Assembly (NCBI GenBank): GCA_918797485.1
Contig: CAKKNE010000004.1
Coordinates: 1,984,001 to 2,048,000, forward strand
Reading direction: 5' to 3'
DNA length: 64,000 bases
Source of the DNA: Pelagomonas calceolata
Taxonomy: Eukaryota
Positions within the stretch are counted from its first letter, which is position 1. The number at the start of each line of letters is the position of its first letter. A program made the position numbers and the translations under genes. The notes under the pieces were generated by a model. The model was not told the origin of the DNA and did not search any database. It saw only the letters and a list, made by a program, of their open reading frames with translations. This document shows, one piece after another, positions 1 to 10,019 of this stretch.

Positions 1-1
1 A

Positions 2-448
2 GTAAGGGCCAAGGAGACGGCGGATCTCATCGCGCCCTGCCTGCCCGCCGACCGATTAGTATATGCGGACCCGAACCCGGACCTCAACGAGGGCCGGCCC
101 GCGCAAGTCATCCCGGGCCGGCCCTATTCGAACGAGGCCGTGCGCGTCGACCAGCAGCGCGTCGAGCGCGCCTTCCGCGATACGTTTCGGCGGGCGGACC
201 CGCGCGACGACGGCGCGCGGCACGAGTACGAGATCGTCGTGTGTCACGGGAACGTCATCCGCTACATGACGTTGCGGGCCTTACAGCTGCCGCCCGAGGC
301 GTGGCTGCGGTTGTGCACCTTCAACTGCTCCGTGACTTACTTGGTCGTGCGGCCGACGGGGAGCGTGTCGCTGCGCGCGCTGGGCGACGTCGGGCACCTG
401 GACCCGCCGCTCGTCACGTTCAGCATGCACCACGGCATCGAGTGGTGA
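2..448 (+). CDS. PGAM5: PGAM5-like histidine phosphatase (5' part outside window)
   Basis: Frame is open from base 2 (VRAKETADLI...DLNEG); EIVVCHGNVIRY...RALQLPPEAWLR...GDVGHL is typical of PGAM5. Confidence 0.85.
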   Translation, partial: VRAKETADLIAPCLPADRLVYADPNPDLNEGRPAQVIPGRPYSNEAVRVDQQRVERAFRDTFRRADPRDDGARHEYEIVVCHGNVIRYMTLRALQLPPEAWLRLCTFNCSVTYLVVRPTGSVSLRALGDVGHLDPPLVTFSMHHGIEW

Positions 449-478
449 GATTAGCTATTAATTACACGTTAAACACAA

Positions 479-1621
479 CTAGAGGAACTTCGACGCCGCG
501 GCCGAGAGGATCCAGGCCTTTTCGGAAGAGAAGCCCGTCTCTGGCGCGGGCGGCGGCATGATTGAAGGCGCCACGGCGACGGGCGCCGCGATCGTGGCGC
601 CTCCTAGCAACTTGGACGGCGCATCGAGACGTCTCAGGACGCCCGCGGCGAGCTGCCTCGCCAACTCGTCAGCGTCGGGCGGCGCGAGGTGCCTCCCATA
701 AAACGCCTCCAAGGCTTCGGCATCCCGCGTGCCCACCACATCTCTCGCGTCGAGGTGGAACGACGGCGCGATCGGTAGGGACCCGCCGAACCAGCTGTCC
801 GCAAAGGCCCCCAAAATCTCGTACTTCGTCCGCAGCCAGAACGTGCCGCAATTCACGTAATGTAAAATGACGGGCATCTTCTCTGGATTTGATGAGCGCT
901 CGCTCAGATCGAGGCGAGCATCACATAACGCCGTCAATTTCTTAAGCGGCGTCCGCCAGGCGTGGACGGACACCGGCTCGATATCATCAACTAATTTCAC
1001 GGCGCTCTTGCCGCAGTCGTAGCACAGCAGGTACTGGCCGTGCTTCGACCGGGACCGCCACCACCGCATGCCGGCCTGGACGCCGCTCGTTAGAGGTAAG
1101 GAGTGGTGGTTCCACCGGAACAGCGTCACCTCGCGAAAATAGTCCCTGACGTCGCTCCGCTCGGCGACGCCTTCGTGGTTCGCGTAGGTGCAGTGGCCTA
1201 TGTCTTTGGCATCGAGGTCGCGGAAGTGAGTCAACAAAGCCTCTTTGCTCTTCACGAAAAAGAGCTCGTCGACGTCCAAATGTAATAACCATGTGCAGCC
1301 GTCGCGCCGCGCTTGGAGAGATGCGTGTTCCGCGTTCAGGGCCTGGCGCGCCTGGACTTCCGTTGCGTAGGGGCCGAAGCGCGCCCAGCACGCGCATTTT
1401 TCTTGTTGCTCTTCGAGTAGCTGCGGGCTGCGTCTTACTCTTACCACTTGCGGGTCGTCGGCCTCGCGCCAGCCCTCGGGCTCGTCGCTGGTGCTATCGT
1501 CGAAATACAGGTACAGCGTGTCGATGCCCAGACTCGTGTGCCACTTGACGAAGCTCGCGAGCACCGAGGACGATCCCTTCGGGAGGAGCAGGGTCGTGAC
1601 GAGCGCGACACGAGTGGCCAT
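479..1621 (-). CDS. GT2-like glycosyltransferase (Glyco_tranf_2_4/GT92-like)
   Basis: FVKWHTSLGIDTLYLYFDD, QARQALN, WLLHLDVDELF, GKSAV and ILHY motifs; ATG at 1621 chosen as start. Confidence 0.75.
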   Translation of the reverse strand: MATRVALVTTLLLPKGSSSVLASFVKWHTSLGIDTLYLYFDDSTSDEPEGWREADDPQVVRVRRSPQLLEEQQEKCACWARFGPYATEVQARQALNAEHASLQARRDGCTWLLHLDVDELFFVKSKEALLTHFRDLDAKDIGHCTYANHEGVAERSDVRDYFREVTLFRWNHHSLPLTSGVQAGMRWWRSRSKHGQYLLCYDCGKSAVKLVDDIEPVSVHAWRTPLKKLTALCDARLDLSERSSNPEKMPVILHYVNCGTFWLRTKYEILGAFADSWFGGSLPIAPSFHLDARDVVGTRDAEALEAFYGRHLAPPDADELARQLAAGVLRRLDAPSKLLGGATIAAPVAVAPSIMPPPAPETGFSSEKAWILSAAASKFL

Positions 1622-1760
1622 CTCTCTGTGTAGTGGAAATTTGCGACGCACGCTGCGCAGCGCGAGGCGGCGGCAAGAGCTAGGCACTTCCGAGCACTCT
1701 TGCGCCCTTTGCCTACCCTTACAGCCGCATGCAAGCCTGGCATGCCTTTTTTGCTGATTG

Positions 1761-1783
1761 CTAGTGTGTTTACAGTCCGCTAG
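1761..1783 (+). promoter_or_regulatory. Paired-CTAG intergenic element
   Basis: ttgCTAGtgtgtttacagtccgCTAGc between divergent genes. Confidence 0.65.
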
Positions 1784-1972
1784 CTCGCCTTCGCCTCTTC
1801 TCATTTGCCCGGTCGGCGTTGAGGCACGTTTTAAAGCTCAAACGTCGAAGCGTCTAAGGCAGGTCGCCAGCCCAAGGCCCTCGCGGCATCCGTGTTAACG
1901 CACTTGTCTCCCAAAGGCCCCGAGTCCACACCACAAAAAGAACGCCACCAGACGCGACAAACAACGCTGCCG

Positions 1973-2860
1973 ATGCTCCGCCAGACCTGCTCCGTCCTGC
2001 TGCGGCGCCGCACTTCTGCGCTGCGAGCCTTCGCCACGAAACCGGACCTGACGCTCGTCGAGGATCGGGACGGCATTCGGACGATCACGATGAACAACCC
2101 GGCCAAGTACAACGGCTGGACGGACCCCATGCTCCGGAGCTGGATGGGCCGCTTCGCCGATGCCGCGACCGACGACAGCGTCAAGGCCCTGATCCTGACG
2201 GGCAGCGGCAAGTACTACTGCGCCGGTGTTGATCTAAGTGGCACGATAAAACCCATGTGGCCGAAGCAGCTGCACGACCAGATCTACACCTTCAACAAAC
2301 GGGTGTTTGACACGTTCCTCGAGTTCCCGAAACCCTTGTGTGTTGCGGTAAACGGGCCGGCCATCGGCGCGTCCGTGACGACGGCGACGCTCGCCGACTG
2401 CGTCGTGGCGTCGACGAACGCGACCTTTTCCACGCCCTTCGCGCGGCTCGGGGTCCCGCCGGAAGGCTGCTCCAGCGTCCACTTCGCGCGGCTCATGGGC
2501 CCCGAGAACGCGATGAGGATGTTGGGGATGGACGGCTGGGCGCCCACCGCCAAAGAGGCGGCGGCCGTGGGGCTCATCAACGAATGCGTGTCTTCAGAAG
2601 ATCTGTTGGACGCGGCGCATGCCCAGCTCCGGTCGCGGCTCGCCAACGCGGACTACGTGAAGAACCACCGGGGGTACGCGGACACGGCCGAGTTGATAAA
2701 AGTGAACGACCGCGAGTCGAAGGACCTCGCGGACGCGTTCCTGGCCGTCCCCTTCCTGCGGGCCCAGGCCGACTTCCTCGCGTCGAAGGGCAAGAAGAAG
2801 GAGGCCCTCGTCTTCGAGGCGCTCGTCGCGACGCGGCCCGCGTGGAGCCTGTTGCTGTGA
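1973..2860 (+). CDS. Enoyl-CoA delta-isomerase/crotonase family protein, probably mitochondrial
   Basis: YYCAGVDL, VAVNGPAIGA, TPFARLGVPPEGCSS; Arg-rich MLRQTC presequence. Confidence 0.85.
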   Translation: MLRQTCSVLLRRRTSALRAFATKPDLTLVEDRDGIRTITMNNPAKYNGWTDPMLRSWMGRFADAATDDSVKALILTGSGKYYCAGVDLSGTIKPMWPKQLHDQIYTFNKRVFDTFLEFPKPLCVAVNGPAIGASVTTATLADCVVASTNATFSTPFARLGVPPEGCSSVHFARLMGPENAMRMLGMDGWAPTAKEAAAVGLINECVSSEDLLDAAHAQLRSRLANADYVKNHRGYADTAELIKVNDRESKDLADAFLAVPFLRAQADFLASKGKKKEALVFEALVATRPAWSLLL

Positions 2861-2876
2861 TTTAGAACTGGTCTTT

Positions 2877-3089
2877 TTATTCCTCTAGTTCGTTCGCCTG
2901 CTCGTCCAGCATCTGGAGCATTTCCGCCGCGTCGGCCATACTTTCACCCGACAGGCACTTGAACTTGCAACCGTCTACGACTTTCTGCAGCCAATACAGC
3001 GCCCGGATGGGGTCCTTCGGCAGGCCATGGAAGCCCGAGTAAAATCCCCTGCCGAGTTTCATCGCGCCGAGGTCCGAACCAAAGCCGTG
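2877..3089 (-). pseudogene. Orphan C-terminal Sel1-repeat fragment
   Basis: GSDLGAMKLGRGFYSGFHGLPKDPIRALYWLQKVV is Sel1-like; no upstream coding region is present. Confidence 0.55.
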
Positions 3090-3216
3090 AAAAAGATAAA
3101 AATTGTAAAACCCGTTTTGATGGGTGAGGGACGCCTGAGCCTGACGCGTAATTCGCCTGTGTGAGCTTGCGACATGCTAGAAATTAGTCCACACACACCC
3201 CTACGACGACGAGAGA

Positions 3217-6200
3217 CTAGTCATGAACGGCCCTTGCCGGCGCGTCGAAGTATCCGGGCACGACCGGCGCGTCGTCGTCGCCGGCGTGGTCGTCGTCGCG
3301 CCCGCGGACGCGGACGTCGACGAGGCGCGGCTTTTCGTGGACGCGCTCCTCGTAGAAGCGCCGCACGTCCGCGAGGCCCAGCGCCTCGACGGCCGCCGCG
3401 ACGCGCTCGGGCCGGTCGAACGACGGCGCGCCGTCAGAATCGGGCGCCAGCAAGCAGCCCCACGCCTGTGCCGCCTCGCTCGCCATCGAGGTCGCGGGCT
3501 CGCGCCACTTCTTGGCGAGCGCGGCCTTCGCCGCCGCGAATTCAACCCCGTCGAAGTCGGGCCGCCACGCGTCCAGGAAGGCCTCGACGCGCGCCGCCGC
3601 GTCGTCCGAGCAGACGCGCTGCGACTGCACCCTCAATAATAGCAGGAGCCGGCCTCGAGCGGAGGAATACGACATCGACACGAGGTAGCCGAGCTGCTCG
3701 CGCGTGCGCAGTTGCGTGAAGAAGGGCTCCTTCGCCACGTGAACTAACAGAGACGCCGTCGCGTGCGTTCGTACGTCCTTCTTCGGGCCGAGGTCGTAGC
3801 ACTTTAAAACTGCAGAGTCCTTGTCGTTCTTCGCGTTCGGCGAGAAGCGCGCGACCCGCAGGGGCTCGTTCACAGCCGGCGCCGCGATGCGGCGCCGCGC
3901 GGGCCACGACCCTCGGACATCATCTACAAAGAACCGCGCCTCGACCACGGCCTCGGCCGCCGCGACATCTGACTCGTCGACGGCGCCGTGGACGTGTAAA
4001 AGCGCGCGGCAGCCCTCCAACGCTCGCGACGCGTGAGACCGGACGTCGTCGAGGGTGACGGCACCCACGGCGTCGCGGACGTCGCCCACCGGCGGCCGGC
4101 CTTCGTCACACAACTCCCGCCGCCAGCGGGACGAGTGCGAGTCGGCCCGCGCTTTGTCGACGTTCCTAAGCGCCCGCACGAGCCGGTCGCGCACGCGTTC
4201 GAACGCGGCCGCGTCCCACGTCGGCGCCGCGATCTCTTCACACACGGCGTCGAGCAAGCGCCACACTGCGCCGCCCGCGAGGCCGCCAACATATAAATCC
4301 ACACCCGACTCGAAGAACGCGTCCGACACGTCGTAGCTCAGGCCGGCGCAGGTCGCATCATACAAAGGTTTTTCGAGGTTCTCGAGCGCGAGGTTGACCC
4401 ACAGCAAAGCACAGGCCCGGCCCCGCGCACCGCCGCGCCCTAGCGCTTCGGAGGCGACGCGGCAGTGCGCGTAGGCCTTAGGCTGCCCGAACGTCGCGTC
4501 TTTCTTCCACCAGCTCACGAGCCGGCCCTGGGTCCGGCGGCGCGGCGGCGCGGACGAGGCGGCGCGCCGCGCCGCGTCCTTGTCTTCACTGTCGCGCCAC
4601 GCCGGCCGCGCCAGGCGGAGCCGCTCGGCGTCGGGCAAATATGCATTTCCAGCCGGCGCGCCGAGGTCCGTCGCTGTTACGCCGCGGCGCACGGCCTCGC
4701 CATACGACTCGATCTCCGCCCGCGTCAGCGGCCGCGATCCGTGCTGGACGCCGTACCAGCGCTCCGTCTCCAATGCCACGGACGGGGCCTTCGTCGCCAC
4801 GTGCACGATGATCTTCGAAGGGTCCGCCAGCGATGCAACCAAGGTGCTCAGCAGCGCCGACCGCTGCGGCGACCAGTCCGCGTCGCCGCACAAGCCCGGC
4901 CGGCCGCCGCACAACACGTGCGCGCCGTCGACGTCGTGGAGCGTCCGCGCCAAACTAGATACGATCGAATAGGCGCTTCGCCTCGAGCTGGCAAAATCGA
5001 AGGTCGCCCGGTCGATCGCCGCGAGCTCGCTCCACAGTCGCGCGCCCGTCTGCGCCTTGTCCAAATCGCGCCGGAGCGCCCCGACGGCCTCGAAGCACGT
5101 CTCTAACACTTCGCCGTACCGCTTCGTCTCGCCGGCCTCCGTGAGCTCGACGCGCATCGATAAACACGCGGCTTCCTTCAGAGACGGCCCGACGCCAAAA
5201 CTTAAAGCGTGAGCGAGACCTCTGCTCTTGAGCTTTGCGAGCAAGGACCGAGGGCCCTCGTGGCCCAGCGCGTGACCTACGATGTGCTCGGCACCATTCC
5301 GATAGTCGTCCCTCAACCCAAACGGCAGCGGCCACATGATCCTCAGCTCCCGCAAGTCGCGCACGGGCTTGCGCTCGTGGACGACGCCCGTCGCCGCGAA
5401 CAATGGTGGAGGCGCCTCTTCGCAGGGCGTCGGGCGCTCTCCGGATGCCCGAGAAGTGCTCCGCTAGCAATAATTCGAGGTCGTCGAGGCTCCGCGACGA
5501 GACGAGGCACACGGTCATGTTTTCCGGGTCGTAGCGGTCGCGCCAGAACGACAGGAGCCGCTCGCGGATCCGGGGCACCTGCAGCGTCTCGAGGCAGCCC
5601 GTGGAGAAGTTCGAGAAGGGGTGGTTTTGATTTGCGGATTTCCTCAAGACCTGGTACGCCCGCCGCCCGTCGTCATTGAGGTTCTTGGAGTGCTCGGCGT
5701 CGACGGCGTGCATCTCCCGATCCACGCACGATTCCAGCAGCAGGGGCTCGCGAAAGAAGCGCGCGAAGCGGTCCAAGGCGCCTCCAAAGGCCTCATCCAC
5801 AACGTCAAATTGAAAACACGTCTGCTCGCCGCTCGTCGACGCGTTCGTCGACCCCGCGTGCCTTGCCACAAATTGCTTGTAAGCGTTGTCTTCCCGGTAC
5901 GTCTCCGTGCCCTGGAACAGCATGTGCTCGAGGAAGTGGGCGAGGCCCGCGATATCGGTATCGGCGTAGGCGCCGACGCCGACGCATAATGCCGCGGCAG
6001 CTTTGTCCGTCGACGTGTCCCGCACCAAGACGCCGCGGATGCCGTTCGCAAGTTTCGCGAGGCGGAACGACCGATCATCACATAATGCTTTGTGCGGCTG
6101 GCCGAGGCGCTCGAGGCCGAGGGGCGGCGGGCCCTTGGGCGCCGTCGTCGGGCACAGGCCGCCGAAGTCGCCCTCGGTCACGTGGATTTCGCCGCAGTCG

Positions 6201-6256
6201 CGGCAGCAGGGCGGCTCGTTGGCCCAGCCGGCGCCGGGGACGAGGAGTGAGGCCAT
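3217..6256 (-). CDS. M16A insulysin/pitrilysin-like zinc peptidase, frameshifted near 5440
   Basis: GLAHFLEHMLFQG (HXXEH), LGHEGPRSL, FGQPKA and FFTQLRTREQLGY are split across two overlapping frames. Confidence 0.85.
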
Positions 6257-6462
6257 GTATGAGCACTGCTGCTGCAAGATTGCTGCACTGCCGGCCAGAA
6301 CTCAAACTGCAGGCAACGCTGAGCAATGATTCGAGATATATTTAGTAAATTAGACAGGTTGCGGTTGCGTAGGTCAGTAGGGAAGAGGCAAAAGGGCCGG
6401 CGCCGCTCCGAGGTATAAGGTACCATACCGATACCTTACCCGGCAGCAAAGCTACTACTCTG

Positions 6463-6526
6463 CTAGCGTTTGAAGGGCTCTAGAGCCTGGCCAGCGCGGT
6501 GCTTGCTAGTTTTACAAGGCCACTAG
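6463..6526. promoter_or_regulatory. Two paired-CTAG elements (6463-6483 reverse, degenerate; 6506-6526 forward)
   Basis: gCTAGcgtttgaagggctCTAG and gcttgCTAGttttacaaggccaCTAG, upstream of the peptidase. Confidence 0.55.
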
Positions 6527-6533
6527 ACAAAAT

Positions 6534-8351
6534 TCACTTATGCACACTATCAACATCCTCCTCCTCGTCGCTGCTCGCGACATCCGACCACCGATCGGTC
6601 TCATCAGGAACAGGCAGAACTGGAAGGGGCGGCGGCGCGGGCTCCGCCTCGGAGACGCTCGCGCCGTAGACTCCGCCGCCGGCCAGCGCCGCGCCGGCCG
6701 CCGCGCCGACGGGGCCCGCGAGGAGCCCGCCGACGGCCGCCCCGGCGACGGCGCCGCCCGAGCACTTGGCCGTCCAGGCCCACCAGTCGTAGTGCTCCGT
6801 CGCCTGCTCGGTGACCCAGTCCTGGCAGCCGTACTCGCGCCAGAGTTTCTGACTGTTCTCGAACACCGCCGCCGCGTCGTACACGACGTCGCGCGACGCC
6901 GCGTTGCCGCTTCCGAGAAGGAGCCGCGCTTCGCCAGCTAAAGCGACCGTCAGCGACAGCGCCGACGCCGCGCCGCCGTCGCCGCCCGCCGCGTAGGCGG
7001 CAGCGCCGGCCGCGGACAGTCGGGCGACGCCGGTGGCGAGCCGCCGGACCCGCGCCGACGTCTGCAGCGTCCGCAGCGACACGCGGCAGGCGCGCGAGTC
7101 GAGGTACGTCGCGAGCTTCCTGAGGTTGTGCCACGCGGCGATCGCGTCCTCGTCGCCTATGATGAGGTCGAGCCCTTCGTCCCTCTCGAGCAACACCAGC
7201 GCGCAGCGGCACTGGTCGGCCTCGCGCGCCGCGGCCGCCGTGCCGGCCTTCGCGGCGCGGCGCGCAGCCGCGCGCGCGTCGGCGGCGGCGTCCTCGCACG
7301 CGCGCGTTCTCTCTGCGCACTCATCTCGGATGAGCCGCAGCCTCATCAAGTCGCGTGCGACCACCGGCGCCAGCGGCGCCGCGACGGCCAACCCCCGGGT
7401 CCAACCCAGCCACGCGAACGCGAGGAGGCCCGGCGCGGCGCCCAGGCCGCGGCAGAGCACGGCGGGCACGTAGCCCGGCGCCGCCGCGTCGGCGAGCTCC
7501 CACGCACGGGCACTCGCCCACTCCGCCGTCTCGTCGGCGTCGAAGTGCTCGTCGACCAACCTTCTCTCCAGCGCCGCCAGCGCCGCGACGCCCGCGCCCG
7601 CCGCGCCGGCGCCGAGCGCCGCGACGGCCTCCAGCACGACCGCCCAGGCGTCGTTCGCCGTCGCCGCGTCGTTGTCCCAGACTTGCGCCACGCGGCCCAA
7701 GAGCGCCGCCCGGAACAGCTGCTCGCGCGACAGATCCTCGAGCGGCGCCGCGGCGATTCTCGACGCCGCGGCGCGGACGGCCGCGCGGCTTTCGTGGATG
7801 GCCCTGCGGCTGACGGCGCCGCCCGCATGCGGCGAGCTCAGGGCCCACCGGAAGACCGCGAGGCCGAGCGCGAGGAGGCCCCGCCGCGGCGCGCCGCCGT
7901 ATAACGCCCACGCCGCGTACGCCACTGCCGGAAGGTCTTCGGCGCCGGTCAGCGCCGCGCCGCCACAGACCGCTGCGATCAAGACCGCGGCGCCGTCGGC
8001 CCGCACGGCCCCGCCGCCGGCCGCGATCGCCCCGGCCTCGGCGAGCGGCGCGGCGGCGTAGAGCAGGAGCGCGCCGCGCCGCAGCGATGCGGGCCGCGCG
8101 AGCGCGTTGCTCGCGTGCAGCACGACCACGGTCGCTATGAGAATGGACGCGACCGTCGCGAATGGCCGCGGGAACGCCGCGGCGACGGCGCACGCGGCCA
8201 GGACCAGCCCGCGCGCGGCCGTCTTCGTCTCGGGCGCGGCCCAGAGGCTGCGCAGCGTCGCCTCGGCGGTCGACGCGACGATGGCGCCCGGGTCGAGCGC
8301 GGCCGTGGTCCGCGGCAGGACGCGGGCTATGGTCATCTCTCCTCCGTTCAT
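6534..8351 (-). CDS. Hypothetical multi-pass membrane protein with C-terminal glycine zipper
   Basis: Long ORF with hydrophobic segments and GAVAGAAVGGLLAGPVGAAAGA. Confidence 0.6.
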   Translation of the reverse strand: MNGGEMTIARVLPRTTAALDPGAIVASTAEATLRSLWAAPETKTAARGLVLAACAVAAAFPRPFATVASILIATVVVLHASNALARPASLRRGALLLYAAAPLAEAGAIAAGGGAVRADGAAVLIAAVCGGAALTGAEDLPAVAYAAWALYGGAPRRGLLALGLAVFRWALSSPHAGGAVSRRAIHESRAAVRAAASRIAAAPLEDLSREQLFRAALLGRVAQVWDNDAATANDAWAVVLEAVAALGAGAAGAGVAALAALERRLVDEHFDADETAEWASARAWELADAAAPGYVPAVLCRGLGAAPGLLAFAWLGWTRGLAVAAPLAPVVARDLMRLRLIRDECAERTRACEDAAADARAAARRAAKAGTAAAAREADQCRCALVLLERDEGLDLIIGDEDAIAAWHNLRKLATYLDSRACRVSLRTLQTSARVRRLATGVARLSAAGAAAYAAGGDGGAASALSLTVALAGEARLLLGSGNAASRDVVYDAAAVFENSQKLWREYGCQDWVTEQATEHYDWWAWTAKCSGGAVAGAAVGGLLAGPVGAAAGAALAGGGVYGASVSEAEPAPPPLPVLPVPDETDRWSDVASSDEEEDVDSVHK

Positions 8352-8473
8352 GGTGGACAGCACAGCTTGCCAAGCCGGTGCAGCGAACGCAGGAGTGCAG
8401 GCACCCTTCGAGCGACGACGGCTGCGCCTACTTCGACACGTACGCCTGCGTTTTGGCCGGCCGAGGCTGCTTG

Positions 8474-8495
8474 CTAGTGTCTAACACGACGCTAG
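8474..8495 (+). promoter_or_regulatory. Paired-CTAG intergenic element
   Basis: gcttgCTAGtgtctaacacgacgCTAGc in a divergent promoter. Confidence 0.7.
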
Positions 8496-8680
8496 CCGAT
8501 TATAACAAAAATTAGAGTCGGAGGCACTGGCAGCGCTTGCGAGTTGAGTCCTCCGCAAAACACGCGTGCAACGCCAAAATTATAGCTGCACCACTGCGTC
8601 TGCGAGCGACGCGCTGCAACGCCCTGCATAAAACAAAACTGAGCGAGCAGCCAGTGGCGCTGCAGCGCGCGGCCGCAGCG

Positions 8681-9988
8681 ATGCGGAGGCTCATTCTCCT
8701 CCTCGCGGCGACGACGCACGCACTCCTCTTAGACCCGGACACGTCCAACGCGCCCATCGTGTTTTCGTTGGACGCATCGCCGAAGCTCGCCGACCACGCG
8801 TTCTCGGCCATCGCCTCGCTGAGCAGCGTGGCCCACGCGTCGAAGAACGCGTCCAGCCTACGCTTCGCGTTCATCCTGACGGTCCCGCCGAAGACCGTGG
8901 AACCGTTCACGCGCGCGCTCTGCGGGGCGATCATCGCCGTGGCCGGGAAGAAGATGCACGTCGGCCACGAGACACCCTTTTGTGCGCGTCGGTCCTTAGC
9001 TAAATTGTTGGGCGACGACAAGAAGTGCGACGTGGCACCGAAGAAGCTGCCGGCGCGCGTCACGTTCATCCACTTTCCCCAGGAGGACGACGGCTATCCG
9101 CCTCGAGTCCGTCGAGTATTGGAGCTCTTCTGCTGCGCCCAGCGGCGCTGGAAGGGCCAGCGGCCGGAACTCGCGACGTCGCTGGGCAACCACGCGCGCT
9201 TCTTCGCGTACCTAGCACTGCTGCCCCTGGGCGCGCGCCGAGCGGTCTTCCTCGACGCCGATACGTTAGCACATGATGACCTCACGGATCTCATAGAGGC
9301 ACCTTTAACAAATGACAAGTTCGTCGCGGCCGCGAGGCGGTGCGCGCCCGGCAAGGCGGCCTACAAGCCTCGCTTTCGCTTCCGCGACCCGCTGGTCCAG
9401 GAGCTCGGTTTGAGAAATGTAAGACAGCACGTCAACGCCGGCGTGTTGGTGATGGACCTCCAAGCTTACTGTGAGGCGGACATTGTGGAAAAACTAGATA
9501 GAGTGTTGGTCAGACACATCACGGGGTCGCCGCTCTGGCACCAGGGCAACAACCAGCCGCCCTTCACGATCGCCGCGGCGGCGCACACGTTGTTTGTCCA
9601 CCCGTCGTGGAACGTGCGGCCGGGCGACGCGCGCGGCCAGTCCCAAATAAGAAGAAAGCGGGGCCAGAAGTCGCAATCCCTCAGCGCGGAGACGGTGAAG
9701 GAGCAGTGCGCGTCCATGATGCGGACGGCGCCGCGGATCCTCCACGCGCACTTCCGGCCGTGCGACGCGCTGCCTCCCAAAATGTGCATGGAGACGCCCC
9801 GCGAGCGGCGGGACCCCGCGGCCATGGCGCTCAAGCAGGGCGTCCTCAATTTATTGAGGGTGGCGAAGCGCATTAAGCTGCCCTGCTCGTGCAAGGGCAA
9901 GCACTTCGACGACCTCGACGAGAGCAAGGTCGACGCGGCGCTCGAGGCCGTCGAGGCCGTCGCCGACGCCGGGCTGGGCCTCGCCTAG
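8681..9988 (+). CDS. GT8 family glycosyltransferase with signal peptide
   Basis: NHARFF, AVFLDADTL (DxD), VNAGVLVMDL, NQPPF, WNV and ILH motifs. Confidence 0.8.
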   Translation: MRRLILLLAATTHALLLDPDTSNAPIVFSLDASPKLADHAFSAIASLSSVAHASKNASSLRFAFILTVPPKTVEPFTRALCGAIIAVAGKKMHVGHETPFCARRSLAKLLGDDKKCDVAPKKLPARVTFIHFPQEDDGYPPRVRRVLELFCCAQRRWKGQRPELATSLGNHARFFAYLALLPLGARRAVFLDADTLAHDDLTDLIEAPLTNDKFVAAARRCAPGKAAYKPRFRFRDPLVQELGLRNVRQHVNAGVLVMDLQAYCEADIVEKLDRVLVRHITGSPLWHQGNNQPPFTIAAAAHTLFVHPSWNVRPGDARGQSQIRRKRGQKSQSLSAETVKEQCASMMRTAPRILHAHFRPCDALPPKMCMETPRERRDPAAMALKQGVLNLLRVAKRIKLPCSCKGKHFDDLDESKVDAALEAVEAVADAGLGLA

Positions 9989-10019
9989 TTATGTGTGACT
10001 AAGTGATACATGTTAATTA

